A stretch of 64,000 bases of DNA from Octopus sinensis (GCF_006345805.1 NC_043019.1:20707360-20771359), one strand, 5' to 3'. Counted from the first letter of the stretch, positions 23,998 through 37,234 are shown. The notes: generated by a model not told the origin, from the letters alone. Numbers and translations are program-made.

Positions 23998-24307
23998 TAT
24001 ATATACATATATATGCATGAATCTCTGGTCATCCATCTACCTACCTACCCACCCCGCCCCCCATAAATGATGATCATGATATATATATATATATATATAT
24101 ATATAAATGATGATCATGATATATTATATATATATATATAAATGATGATCATGAATATATATAAATCATCAGGAAGCCATGATGATTTCATTTGAATGAA
24201 ACAGTTCTAGTCCTGTAGAAGCTCCTTCTATAAAATAAATTAATTTACTCTGCCATGATTGAGTACCTTATTTACTGTGGTTAACCCCGACTCAACCCGG
24301 GACCTAC

Positions 24308-24360
<53 letters not shown>

Positions 24361-24847
24361 ATAATAATAACAATAGCACTCAAAGAGCACAAACTCCACC
24401 AAGGAAACACCAACGTCCTCTCAATGATTAGTGAGGGATGATTTTTAAAATCAGAATATCTGAAATAAACTGGACTGCTCTCACAAACGAGAATACTAAA
24501 AATGAATGCACCTGCTCTCAAAAGGGAAAATAATCCAAATATGTATGTATATATATATATATATATTGAGTGAGAGGTGAAGAGAGAGATGAAATACTAA
24601 TACAGTGAAGGAGAAGTAGTGAGAGTAATAGCCATGACTTAGAGGGAGTGAGAGAAAGTACTGGCAATGAGAAAGATGAAATGAAGTAGCAAAGAGAGCA
24701 TCATAAAAATGAGAAAGGAAGTGGTGATAGATGAATAATGAAAGAAGGAGTGAGAAAGCCGATAAATGGTGTTTGAAGTGTGAGTATAAGTGTGTGTAAA
24801 AAAAAGGTATGTTTGCATGCATGTGTGTGTGTGTGTTCAATAGAAAT

Positions 24848-25228
24848 GGGAAGCACTCCGTCGGTTCCGACGACGAGGGTTCCGGTTGATCCGATCAACG
24901 GGACAGCCTGCTCGTGAAATTAACGTGTAAGTGGCTGAGCACTCCACAGACACGTGTACCCTTAACGTAGTTCTCGGGGATATTCAGCGTGACACAGAGA
25001 GTGACAAGGCCGGCCCTTTGAAATACAGGTACAACAGAAACAGGAAGTAAGAGTGGGAGAAAGTTGTGGCGAAAGAGTACAGCAGGGATCACCACCATCC
25101 CTGCCAGAGCCTCGTGGAGCTTTAGGTGTTTTCGCTCAATAAACACTCACAACGCCCGGTCTGGGAATCGAAACCGCTATCCTACGACCGCGAGTCCGCT
25201 GCCCTAACCACTGGGCCATTGCGCCTCC
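24848..25228 (-). mobile_element. full-length SINE family C, tail type C1
   Basis: 11-bp TSD TCAATAGAAAT (24837-24847, 25229-25239). Confidence 0.9.
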
Positions 25229-25344
25229 TCAATAGAAATAGGATGGTAATGTTCAATGCTGAGAATGCATTGAACATTACCATATATGTGTATATGTGTG
25301 TGCATGTACAAGAGAACTATGTAAAACTTTACATATATGTATAA

Positions 25345-25562
25345 AATTTTTAAAAAATTGGAAAAATAATCCAGAGTCCTTGTCTGGCACCAGATTGATC
25401 CCAAAATCTAATGAGACCGTGATAGTCACAATGCCAAGCATCCCTGAGAGTTTCATCCGAATCCATCCAGCAGTTCTTGAGATATTTTGTCCATGGACAG
25501 GCAAACAAACAAATACAACTGAAAACAACACCTCCGCCTTCGCTAAGGCAGAGGTGATAATC
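25345..25562 (-). mobile_element. Helentron-associated (HINE/DINE-1-like) element fragment
   Basis: Terminal hairpin ACCTCTGCCTT-AGCG-AAGGCGGAGGT, then a short GTTT/GTC microsatellite and ATATCTCAAGAACTGCTGGATGGATT, as in HINE-type 5' blocks (from recall). Confidence 0.55.
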
Positions 25563-25667
25563 CATGGATGGAATTTATAAATATTTTGATATTCCAATTA
25601 TTTGTGATACCCAGAAAATTAATTATCCTCCAATTACTGTCAAATGAGATCAATAGCCCAACATTTG

Positions 25668-25698
<31 letters not shown>

Positions 25699-25701
<3 letters not shown>

Positions 25702-26122
25702 CATAGGAGTGGCTGTGTGGTAAGTAGCTTGCTTACGAACCACATGGTTCCGGGTTCAGTCCCACTGTGTGGCACCCAGGGCAAGTGTCTTCTACTATAA
25801 CCTTGGGCCGACCAAAGCCTTGTGAGTGGATTTGGTAGATGGAAACTGAAAGAAGTCTGTTGTACATATGTATATATATGTGTATGTGTGTGTATATGTT
25901 TGTGCGTCTGTGTTTGTTCCCCCAGCATTGCTTGACAACCGATGATGGTGTGTTTACGCCACCCCCACCCCCGTAACTTAGCGGTTCGGCAAAAGAGACT
26001 GATAGAATAAGTACTGGGCTTACAAAGAATAAGTCCTGGGGTTGATTTGCTCGACTAAAGGCAATGCTCCAGCATGGCCACAGTCAAATGACTGAAACAA
26101 GAAAAAGAGTAAAAGAGTAAAA
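25699..26122 (+). mobile_element. SINE A/B
   Basis: Head, internal microsatellite and (GAGTAAAA)n tail. Confidence 0.85.
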
Positions 26123-26194
26123 GATTAAATAGTAACCTTTTGAGTACATCTATTGTATGTGGATATATATTGGTCAGTTTGTTCTCCATGGTAG

Positions 26195-26230
26195 AGTTGA
26201 TGTTTTACACTGCCTTGAAAAATTCTGAAG
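26195..26230 (+). CDS. candidate short exon ending at a consensus donor
   Basis: GAAG|GTAAGT donor at 26231; acceptor either 26194 or 26177; frame unresolved. Confidence 0.3.
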
Positions 26231-26339
26231 GTAAGTCTGTCAGTTTATTTCTGAACACACTCATAAATTATGGGTGTACTCACACATATATATCTATATG
26301 TATATATATATCTATATATATATCTCTATATATATATAT

Positions 26340-26748
26340 ATCATCATCATCATCATCATCATACATCGTTCAACGTCTGCTTTCCATGCTAGCATGCTGA
26401 CCCAGGCTCCAATCTGATCTGGCAGAGTTTCTACAGCTGGATGCCCTTCCTAACACCAACCACTCCAAGAGTGTAGTGGGTGCTTTTAAAGTTCCACCGG
26501 CACGAGGGCCAGTCTGGTGGTACAGGCAACGGCCACGCTCAAAAATGGTGTTTTCACGTGCCACCTGTACAGGAGTCAGTCCAGCAGCACTGGCAACGAC
26601 CTCGCACGAATGTTTTGTTTACGTACCACCGGCACAAGTGCCAGTGAGGCAATGCTGACAACGATCACGCTCAAATGGTGCTCTTTACATGCCAGACAGC
26701 TGCTCTGGCAGTGATCCCGCTTGGATGGAGCTGTTAGTGCTCCACTAT
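26340..26748 (-). mobile_element. RTE family E 3'UTR fragment
   Basis: (CAT)n tail, shared UTR with internal repeat units. Confidence 0.8.
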
Positions 26749-27384
26749 ATATTTATATATATATATAGTAACAATATATTTATCCTTCGTTATATTGGTA
26801 CAGCTCAGTACAACCTCGTAAGACTGCTATTGCTAGTTAGTCTCATTAGACTGCAGCTGGCTTATTGAAATAGGAACTTTTATATGCATACTCAAAAGCA
26901 TTTCCTGTAAATGAACTTAAAGGATATATATAGAGATTCAGATGAATATGGTACTTAAGTTGAGACACCAGAATTAAGTATAGTATTATCCATACAATTT
27001 CGAAATAAGGTGATTAAAATCAAAATAAGCAACAAGGATATCCAGAGCTAATGTAGTACGATCGTTTCATGCAACTCCATTTAATTGAACAATGCAATCA
27101 TTTCATTACATCAATTTAAAATGTAGAGCAATCTTCAGCTACACAAAGACATAGAATTTAATTAAATTAGAAGGACACATTAGTATAATTTTACCCCCAA
27201 ATCTTTTTTTTTACTTTTTCTTCCCTTAATCATTGATACAACTTTTGAGCCCCATAGACTGAAAGAAAGAAATTCTCCCTATATTTTTATGAGATATTTT
27301 TTTAATCACTGGTACTTGATTTCTTTTTTCCTTATAAGGGAAAATTACTATTTTATTTAAAATAAAATATTAATCTTTATCATC

Positions 27385-28288
27385 TTAATCAGAAAAACAG
27401 ACAGAGAGACTATCTCTTTACAGATGAAGATCAGTTGCAATGAAAGGAGTTGAATTTCATAAGAATAGAAAAACAAAGAACAACAAATGGGTTGTACCTT
27501 ATAATGAAACTCTTTCAAGAACATTCAAATGCCATTGCAACGTTGAAATCTATTTCTTTACTACCCACAAGGGGCTAAACACAGAGGGGACAAACAAGGA
27601 CAGACAAATGGATTAAGTCGATTATATCGATCCCAGTGCATAACTGGTACTTATTTAATCTACCCCGAAAGGATGAAGGACAAAGTCAACCTTGGCGGAA
27701 TTTGAGCTCAGAACGTAGCGGCAGACAAAATACCGCTAAGCATTTCGCCTGGCGTGCTAACGTTTCTGCCAGCTCGCCGCTTTTGCAAGATTGAAATCAT
27801 TGCCTCAGTAAGGTCAATTAAGTATATCATGAAGTACACACTGAAAGGAAATGACCAAGCTGCTGTTCAAATAAACAATGATTATCTAATGGGTAGGTAT
27901 ATTAGACCATCCGAAGCAGTTGCATCCATTTTAGGATTTTCAATTCATGAAAGAGCACTTGCAATAGTTAGACTGCAAGTTCATCTACTAGATGGCAAAG
28001 AATATTGCTCAGAAATAATGAGGATATATATGGCTGTCAATGAACGACATATGAGACAGAATTCTTTTCATTGTGCATCAATGATGACTTTGTAAAAACA
28101 TTACTTTATGCTGAAGTACCCATGTATTTCAATTGGAACTGTAGTAACAAAGAACAGCAAAGAAGAAAGTGAAGAAAAAAAATGTTGAAGGCCATTTGAT
28201 CATTTTCAAAGAAATATTTGGTCATATTTATGTTATAACACCAAAGGCTGGAGAAATATATTATTTAAGAATTTTATTGCATGAAGTT
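27385..28288 (+). pseudogene. Helitron RepHel relic, copy 1, interrupted by SINE D
   Basis: NKWVVPYNETLSRTFKCHCNVEI | IASVRSIKYIMKY..KGND...MGRYIRPSEAV..ILGFSIHER..AIVRLQVHL...TLLYAEVP.YFNWN...YYLRILLHEV, matching the Helitron Rep-helicase linker motifs. Confidence 0.9.
27551..27782 (-). mobile_element. SINE family D inserted in Helitron ORF
   Basis: 16-bp imperfect TSD TTGCAA(CG/GA)TTGAAATC (27535-27550, 27783-27798). Confidence 0.9.
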
Positions 28289-28377
28289 TGAAATAGTATT
28301 TTTTCCCTTCCTGCTATTCATCGACATTTTTCAACTTGGAATGGCTATGATCCAGTGGGTCATGGCAGGTACATCTA

Positions 28378-28419
<42 letters not shown>

Positions 28420-28420
28420 T

Positions 28421-28800
28421 CATCATCATCATCATCATCATCATCATCGTCCGCTTTTCATGCTAGCATGGGTTGGATGGTTCGACTGGGGTCTGGGAAG
28501 CCAGGAGGCTGCACCAGGCCCAGACTGATCTGGCAGTGTTTCTACAGCTGGATGCCCTTCCTAATGCCAACCACTCCGTGAGTGTTGTAGGAGCTTTTTA
28601 CGTGCCACTGGCACGGAGGCCAGTTGGGGCGGCACTGGCAACAGCCACGTTTGGATGGTTCTTTTACGTTTCACCGGCACTGGTATCACAACTACAATTT
28701 CCATTGATTTTGATCGATTTCGATTTCACTTGCCTCAACAGGTCTTCGCAAGCAGAGTTTTGTGTTCCAAGAAGGAAAGGTATGCATAAGTGGACTGGCT
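28421..28800 (-). mobile_element. RTE family E 3'UTR fragment
   Basis: (CAT)n tail and shared UTR. Confidence 0.8.
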
Positions 28801-28811
28801 ACATATATATA

Positions 28812-29410
28812 TAATGTTTATTTAAAGGGCACAATACATGCATTTAAGTGCTACTAAGTTGGTATGTGGTCTTTGAAAGATAACAAAACACCACATGTGA
28901 TTAAATGGAAAGTAATTGAAAAAATCCATACATTAGGTAAATAGATTGAATAAATGTAGGTTTGCTTAGTTGAAAGAGTGCAGATCCTGTTCAGATCTAA
29001 GATCCCTAACTCTCTATTGAACTCTAGGTCAGGAACTTTCAGTGGTTGCAAGTATATGCATAAAAATATTTTGAAGAATTGGAAAATTCTGCCTATTCCC
29101 TGACTAACTTGATATTTTTCCAGTCTTATCATTTAAGGTCTAGGGAGGAGAGCACTTTTACCTTTTTACTTTCTATATTTTTTACATTTCAGTTTTTGTG
29201 TTTTCATTTTCCTTTTTTTGTCTGCTGTTTTTTACATTTTGCATTTTCTATATGCTGTTTTTTTCAGTTCTTTCGTGTTTCGTCTATTATTCAATTTTTC
29301 TTAGTTCGTTATGATATGTGGTTTGCACCTGAAGAATATGTTTGAGTATTTCTCAATATATGAAACTATTAGTAACGCTTACATACATGTATTGTGCCCG
29401 ATAAATAAAT
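28812..29410 (+). mobile_element. Penelope-like element 3' relic: GIY-YIG C-terminal region, LTR with hammerhead, short inverted terminal copy
   Basis: YVWSLKDNKTPHVIKWKVIEK....VCLVERVQILF....SLLNSRS....CKY.HK..LKNWK matches the PLE endonuclease C-terminus. GGGCACAATACATG (28828-28841) is inverted at 29386-29399. Confidence 0.8.
29325..29378 (+). ncRNA. minimal type I hammerhead motif with canonical core
   Basis: CTGAAGA (29329-35), 10-bp helix II with one bulge, GAAA (29362-65), palindromic ACTA-T-TAGT helix III, GUA (29372-74). Helix I is partly decayed. Confidence 0.7.
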
Positions 29411-29569
29411 AATATTTATCTCCCACCAGATGGAGTACTTTTTTGTTGAATCTTCTATTACAGAATAGTACATTATGTGTGTGTGTGTGTGTGCGCATGC
29501 GTGTGTGTGTATATGCATGTGTGTGTGTGTATGTATATATGTGAAGCACGATCTTCAAATGTCGGGCCT

Positions 29570-29865
29570 CATGGAGGTGATGACAAGTGACTGAGACCAT
29601 TGGTGATATGCTGTCCTTGAGAAAACTCGGCAAGCCAAGTGAAATCATAGTCATGGCCACTGTTGGTGTCGTGTAAATGGCACCTGTGCAGGTGGTGTGC
29701 AAAAAGCACCCATTATGTTCTCAGAGTGGTTGGCATTAGGAAGGGCACCCAGCTGTAGAAACCATGCCAAATCAGATTAAAACCTGGTGCAGCTCTCCGG
29801 CTTACCAGTTCCAGTTAAACTGTCTAACCCATACCAGCATGAAAAGCGGATGTTAAATGATGATA
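29570..29865 (+). mobile_element. RTE family E 3' fragment (ORF2 end + UTR)
   Basis: Degenerate ..YAVLEKTRQAK* followed by the shared UTR and (GAT)n. Confidence 0.75.
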
Positions 29866-29871
29866 TATAGG

Positions 29872-30280
29872 TACAGGTATGGCTGTGTGCTAAGAGATTT
29901 GCTTTTTGTCCATATGGTTCCACATGGCCCCTTGAGCAATGTCTTCTACTATAGCTCCTGGTCAACCAAAGTCTTGTGAGTGGATATGATAGATGGAAAC
30001 TAAAAGAAGTCAATACTTATAGGAAGATATGTATGTATATGCATGTGTGTGTGTGTGTGTGTGTGTGCGCGCGCACGCGTATGTATGGCTTTATTCTTGT
30101 GTTTGTCTCCTACCACCACTTTAGAACCAGTGTTAGTTTGTTTATGTCCTGGTAGCTTAGCAGTGTGACATATGAAATCACCAATGTGAGGTCCCACATC
30201 GGAAAAAAAAAAGTTGATTTGTTCGACTAAAACCCTTCAAAACAGTGCCCCAGCTAGCTGCAGTTGAATGGCTAAAATGA
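29872..30280 (+). mobile_element. SINE A/B (degenerate)
   Basis: Both halves recognisable with internal (TG)n/(CG)n. Confidence 0.7.
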
Positions 30281-31458
30281 TACGTGTATGTGTGTGTGTG
30301 TGTGAGTGAGTGTGTGTGTGTGTATGTGTGTGTGTGTGCATGCATGCGTGTTTGTGTGTGTGTGTGTGTGTATTGATACAAAAGCATACACCCACATAGA
30401 TAATTTTTTGTTCTCACACTCAATATATGTATTTCACATGTTGAACTATGTAAAGAAAGTATATATATATATGTGTGTGTGTGTATACACACACACACAT
30501 ACATATATATACATATATGTATATATAGCTATAAATGTATTCATGCATATAGTTGTGAATGCATGCATTTATATATCTATATATATGAGAATTATGTAAA
30601 TTTACCATAATAAGATATATTTATATATAATTGAATTCATATGTCATATAGATTTTCACATAATTCTTTTCACATCATACATACATATATTATTTCTTTG
30701 TGTGGTAAGAAGCTTGTTTTCCAACCACATGGTTCTGGGTTCAGTCCCACTGTGTGACACCTTGGGCAAGTGTTTTCTATTTTCTACTATAGCCTTATAT
30801 ATCCATATAAATATATGTACATACACACACACACACATATCCCAGTTTACATGGTAGAAATAATTTATAAGAAGGATAGAGTATACTGGAAACCTTTATT
30901 TATCATAACGATTGTTTTGGCGCATTCTGCACCACACCCTAATGGGTGGGAAAATTACTCTTGCCTGATTTAAGGACATGTTAGATCATGTCCTTCTTTA
31001 TTTACGACAGTAAGGCATGAAGTGAGAGAAACACATTTGCTATTTCTAGCAGGTTGGGCAACCACATAAAGGCTTCGTTGCCGGCTTCAAAGGAGAATGT
31101 AGCATGCTGCACTTGGTAACATTGACTTTAGCAAGGATCAAGCCATTGTTACCTTCCCAGTGTACTGCGCTCAAATAAACATCTACACTGCATCTGCTAT
31201 TGCACTGGGTGACCCCAACAATACCTTTCTTTGTAATATTTCTTTTGTGTCTTTAGCTGAACCTACCACTAAAAATAACTTCCCCGGTTTTCCTCAAATC
31301 CCACCCTGTTAGGAAATGAAGTGAAGTTCGGATGATGTTGACAAGGTAAATAGATAGGTAAGTAGACAGGTAGGTATGTAGTTAGGAAGTAAGTTGGTAG
31401 GTAGATATGTAGGTTGGTAGGTAGGTAGGTATGTAGGTGGGTAGGTAGGTAGGTAGGT

Positions 31459-31749
31459 GTGGAGGCACATGGCCTAGTGGTTAGAGCAGCGGACTCACGG
31501 TCGAGCGATCGCGGGTTCGAATATCAGACCAGGCGATGTGTGTGTTTATTAATGAAACACCTAAGCTCCAGAAGGTAATGGCGAAACTTCTGCTGACTCT
31601 TTCGCCACAACTTTCTCTCACTCTTTGCTCCTGCATCTTGCAGCTCACCTGTGACGGACCGGCGTCTTGTCCAGGTGGGGAACTTATACGCCAAGAAACC
31701 AGGAAACTGGCCCTTATGAGCCAGGCATGGCTCGAGAAGGAACAAACAT
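31459..31749 (+). mobile_element. SINE family C, tail type C3, inside (GTAG)n
   Basis: Matches 8806-9108 and 53384-53686. Confidence 0.9.
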
Positions 31750-32139
31750 CAACAAGGTAGGTAGGTAGGTAGTGTTATATTCTTATGCTTCCAATATTGT
31801 AGTACAGTTGGTATTGTCAACAATAGATAAAGAATACACTTTAACAGTGTCATAACAATACAAAAAAGAAACAGCGGCAGTAAGAATCACGCAATGAACC
31901 AACAGTCTTTTATGAACCAACAATCAATATTTCCAACACACTAACTCAAACTGTAAACTGTACCTGGACTTCGGAGACCAAACTACAAACTGCCAACTAC
32001 ATCAGACCACTACTAACGGGTTGACTTTGCCTTTCATCCTTTTGGGGCAATAAAGTTAGTACCAGTGAAACACTGGAGTTGATGTAATCGACTTGTCTCC
32101 TCCCATAAAATTCCAGGCCTTGTGCCTTTAGTAGAAAGG

Positions 32140-32178
<39 letters not shown>

Positions 32179-32332
32179 GTTTTCTATTGTTATCTTTGTT
32201 GTTGTTATTGTTGTTATTGAGTGAGAGAGCAGCACACAACATCAAAGCTAGGATACAAATATACGAAGCCCAATATACCCATCTGATAAGGGTACACTAG
32301 GCACATGCATCAAAATAATAATAATAATTATT

Positions 32333-32368
<36 letters not shown>

Positions 32369-32609
32369 ATTTTATGTTTGACTTTTGCTTTACATTTGTA
32401 CAAGTTGGCTCCAAGTCTCACCCAGAGACCTCAAGAGACAACAAGTTGGAAGTTCATGTTGGTGTTATGCCTAGGGTGCCATATATTTGGTTTTGTACTT
32501 AGTGTTGTACTAGTGAATGTCTAAAAAAACCATACGAAAATTATGTTTGTTTTAAAACTTGAGATTACATAGAAAGTATTTTGCGTAGGATATGAGCAGT
32601 TCCCATGAG

Positions 32610-32662
<53 letters not shown>

Positions 32663-33139
32663 TATTATTATTATTATTATTGTTATTAACAACAGTCATT
32701 AAAAACAAATCAAATCTCTCTGTCTGTAGCTAGTTTATGATTAATAAAATGAAGATGGGAACAAAATAAAATGAACAAAATATGACCCCTACTAAATAAA
32801 CATGTGAAAGAATAGGATATATCAGGGATATTATTTCACAAGAATGATCCAAACATGAAAAGAAAAAAACAAAAAAGAAACAAAGAAAAATTGCCATTAA
32901 CTTTAACATTTATACTCCCTACAACCATAAAATAAAGGTATAAACATCTGTAATAGCTAAATATATGTATTTCCTACAAAATGCTGAATATGTATAGTAT
33001 GTGACTTAAACAAAAGTGTGTACTATGTATGAATAGAGACAAAGTTATGGCTTCCCCTTCTTTAATATTTTATAAGGTGAAATCAGTCTCTGCAAGGTAA
33101 GGAATGAATAAGTATTAGGTCTCTTGATTGACATTGTGG

Positions 33140-33195
<56 letters not shown>

Positions 33196-33500
33196 TGTGT
33201 ATGTGTGTGTGCGTGTGTGTGTTTGTGTGTGTGTTTGTGTGTGTGTGTGTGAGTTTGTGTGTGTGTGTGTGTGTGCATGTGTGTGTGTGTGTGTGTTTGT
33301 GTGTGTGTGTGCATGCCATGTGTGTGTGTGTGTGTTGTGTGTGTGTGCGTGTGTGTATGTGTGTGTGTGTTGTGTGTGTGTGTGTGTGCCTGTGTGTGTG
33401 TTTGTGTGTGTGTGTGCTTGTGTGTGTGTGTGTGCATGTGTGTGTGCGTGTGTGTGTGTGTGTGCGTGTGTGTATGTGTGTGTGTGTGAGAGAGAGAGAG
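33140..33500. repeat. long imperfect (GT)n
   Basis: Directly visible. Confidence 0.95.
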
Positions 33501-33559
33501 TGTGTGTTTGTATTACCTGCTATTATATAGTAACAGGTAATATCATACAGTTTCATCTC

Positions 33560-33790
33560 TTTTGTTAATGAAGAATGAGTAACTGATGACCAAGAATTCG
33601 TGAATTTGTTCTTCAGACCAACAATAGTAATTATTTATTCAAGCACCATCTTTGCTTCATTGTTATATCCCTGCCCAGTCAAATCTCCCCTGTTGTTCAG
33701 ATTTTGTTGTAGTGTCTTTGGAGTTCTATTGCACTCCCAACCACTGAACTTTTATAGATACAGCTATCCTATGTGTCATTTCAGTGGCAT
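33560..33790 (-). pseudogene. possible hAT transposase relic
   Basis: ..DLTGQGYNNEAKMV... resembles the hAT motif LRGQGYDxAxNMxG; stops are present. Confidence 0.4.
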
Positions 33791-33843
33791 TCAAATACGA
33801 TTTCAGCATTGTTTACAGCACCATTTTAGTGCCAGTATATAGT

Positions 33844-34473
33844 TATTTCTTTACTGCCCACAAGGGGCTAAACATAGAGGGGACAAACAAGGACAAACAA
33901 ACGGATTAAGTCAATTACATCGACCCTAGTGCGTAACTGGTACTTATTTAATCGACCCCCGAAAGTATGAAAGGCAAAGTTGACCTCAGCGGAATTTGAA
34001 CTCAGAACGTAGCGGCAGACGAAATACCTGTTTCTTTATAACCCACAAGGGGCTAAACATAGAGGGGGACAAACAAGGACAGACAAACGGATTAAGTCAA
34101 TTACATCGACCCTAGTGCGTAACTGGTACTTATTTAATCGACCCCCGAAAGGATGAAAGGCAAAGTCGACCTCGGCGGAATTTGAACTCAGAACGTAACG
34201 ACAGACGAATTATCTATTTCTTTACTACCCACAAGGGGCTAAACACAGAGGGGACAAACAAGAACAGACAAACGAATTAAGTCGATTACATCGACCCCAG
34301 TGCGTAACTGGTACTTAATTTATCGACCCCGAAAAGATGAAAAGCAAAGTTGACCTCGGCGGAATTTGAACTCAGAACGTAGCGGCAGACGAATTACCTG
34401 TTTCTTTATTACACACAAGGGGCTAAACATAGAGGGGACAAACAAGGACAGACAAACGGATTAAGTCAATTAC
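33844..34473 (-). repeat. head-to-tail array of ~3.4 truncated SINE D units
   Basis: Same junction (AAAGAAA(T/C)AG-(G/A)TA(T/A)TTCGTC) as the 16-kb array. Confidence 0.9.
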
Positions 34474-34519
34474 ACCTCCTTGAAGAAGTTTCTGTCGAAT
34501 GGATTAATCCTAGTGCTTA

Positions 34520-34693
34520 TTTTTAAAGTCTGGTACTTCTTCTATCAGTCTCTTTGCTGAACCACCGGGACATAAGCATACCAGCACCAGTTGTCAAGCA
34601 GTTGTCAAACACAAACACAAACACACAGACACACACACACACAAACACACACACACAAACAAACACACACACACACACACATACACACATGCG

Positions 34694-34724
<31 letters not shown>

Positions 34725-34895
34725 GTGCATACCCACACGATAGGCTTCTCTTAGTTTCCGCCTACCAAATTCACTCACAAGGCTTTGGTTGGCCTGAAGC
34801 TATGGTAGTAGACACTTGCCCAAAGTGCCACACAGTGGTACTGAACCCAGAACCATGTGGTTGGGAAGCAAGTTTCTTACCACATAGCCATATTT
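34520..34895 (-). mobile_element. SINE A/B (tail truncated)
   Basis: Halves flank (CA)n(CG)n. Confidence 0.75.
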
Positions 34896-35028
34896 GCATC
34901 TGAAATTAAAAAAAAAAAATGAGAGTGGCCAGGGCTGAAATAAATGCCTTTTATCATAGGTTTCCTCAATTGGGACCGACCCGGGGGTAAATAACAACAA
35001 CAACAACAACAGTAATGTGTTGGCTTAA

Positions 35029-35247
35029 CCCTTTAGTATTTAAACCGGCCATATCCGGCCAAAATAGCTAATCTGTTTTATGTTCAAACTGACCAGATCC
35101 AGGCTCTCACACCTACCCTACAATGTTATTCTACATTAGGTAATTACACCATCAAGATCTTGAAGATATGAGATAATTCATGATTAATTCAAATCAATGG
35201 GAATCAATAAGCATTATGTTTGATTGAATAATCTGAACACTAAAGGG
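35029..35247. mobile_element. piggyBac-like MITE
   Basis: TTAA|CCCTTTAG..CTAAAGGG|TTAA; second copy inverted at 50906-51126. Confidence 0.8.
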
Positions 35248-35809
35248 TTAAAGTGATTTTTAGCCAGATAACTCTTCAAATACAAGGCTACTGAAAACCA
35301 AAATGAGTCACACAGCACACAATCTGTTTCCAGTTTCTGAGAGTCACAACGTTGGACTTGGTTAATTTTTAAAACTGGACCTTTATGTTGTCCTTATACA
35401 AACAGAAAAGGTTTCATTGTTTGCACAGTTTATACAATAAACACGAAGGCTTTTCCTTTCCGATGTTTCTAATTTCAAACTTGTGTACACAGTTACAGGT
35501 AGCTTGCTTCGTTACTGCTATTGTCAATGTCATCACCCACCACTAATGGTTTTACTGATTAATTGATTATTATTATTATTATTATTACTATATTATTATT
35601 ATTGTTGTTGTTGTTGTTGTTGTTGTTCTCTTCTCTCCTTCAATTAATATTCAATAGTCTTCTTCCTCTCTCTCTCTCTCTTTCACTCACTCTCCTCACT
35701 CTCCACCTCTTCTTCCTCCTCTCTCTGTCGTTTTCTGTCTCTGTCGGTGTGGTGTCTGTCTCTCTCTCTCCCTCTTTCTCTCTGTCGCCCAATACCCTCT
35801 CCATCTACA

Positions 35810-36130
<321 letters not shown>

Positions 36131-36139
36131 GTGTGTGTG

Positions 36140-36600
36140 GATTACGGTTGTGTATGTGTTATGTGTGTGCTTTACGAAATGCTAATAACAAAAGCCTCTG
36201 TACAGAGCCAACTTAATGTTAAACGTCGAATCAATAAAAGATTATAATAGTTTTTAGTTATATACGTTCACAGCAAATAATCGATTTTTCGATCACACAG
36301 CAGTGGGCAAACTATTCAATTGAACAGCTTTCTCTTAACAATTTCCAATGAAGTTGTATATTTAGTATCGACTAAACAAGTCTAAGCAAAAAATAGGGAT
36401 CACGTGATTTGGTGTTGTCCTCCGGGTTCTCCAATTTTATATATACAAAATGTCATTTGATCACGACGATATTCAATTCAAAGTGTTCTCTTAAACGAAA
36501 TCCAGCGAAGTTGTTGTAGATTTTGTATTGATTCAGAAGAAGCAGAAATAATGGCAGCAGCAGCAAAAAAAAAAAAAAAAACTAAATAAATGTAAAGGTG
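36140..36600. promoter_or_regulatory. CpG-retaining unique region with palindromic E-box ATCACGTGAT (36399-36408); possible promoter
   Basis: Visibly more CpG than flanking unique DNA, plus the E-box and a good-context ATG at 36551. Confidence 0.35.
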
Positions 36601-37234
36601 ATTACATAACTGGGTGATGTCACCTGGGTTCTCTCCAATTACCTGCATGAACAAATCATTTGATTGCGAAGCAGTGACTGCTGTCTTAAGACTCCATAGT
36701 GTAACACGACTAAACGTGTTGCACAACTGCATAATGTCAAACTGGTTTCATCATCATCATCATCGATCTAAGGTCCACTTTTCTAAACCTGTATAAGTTG
36801 GGTGGAGTTTATTGAGGAAGATTTTCTATGGGCAAGTGCCCTGCCTGTTGCTAATCCACACTCTTTTTGAACAAAGTGATATTTCCCTATGGCCAGACAT
36901 GATTTTGCAGAAAATTGCTAATGAATAATAGTGCTTGTATGACATTGATGCATATTTCAGGGTGTTTGGGTCTCAATCTGAGGACATGTACTTGTAGCAA
37001 TTCTAATGATGGGAGTTATATACCTCTCTTATCTCATCAGAAAAACTGTGCTTGATAGAAGGAAACCGATTGCATTTTTGAAATCTGCAGACAAAACTAC
37101 ATATAAAACACCATATAATATCCCTGATGAAAATTGGTTGTTGACCAGTGTAATTAATTTAAATTAAATTTATAAAGCTAGATTTAACTAAATCGTCATG
37201 AATATTATATGTTATGTTCATTATATATATATAT

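Noticed and set aside
24178-24213. Degenerate hammerhead ATGATGA-TTTC..GAAT-GAAAC..GTC
   Set aside because: It needs several substitutions and has no helix I.
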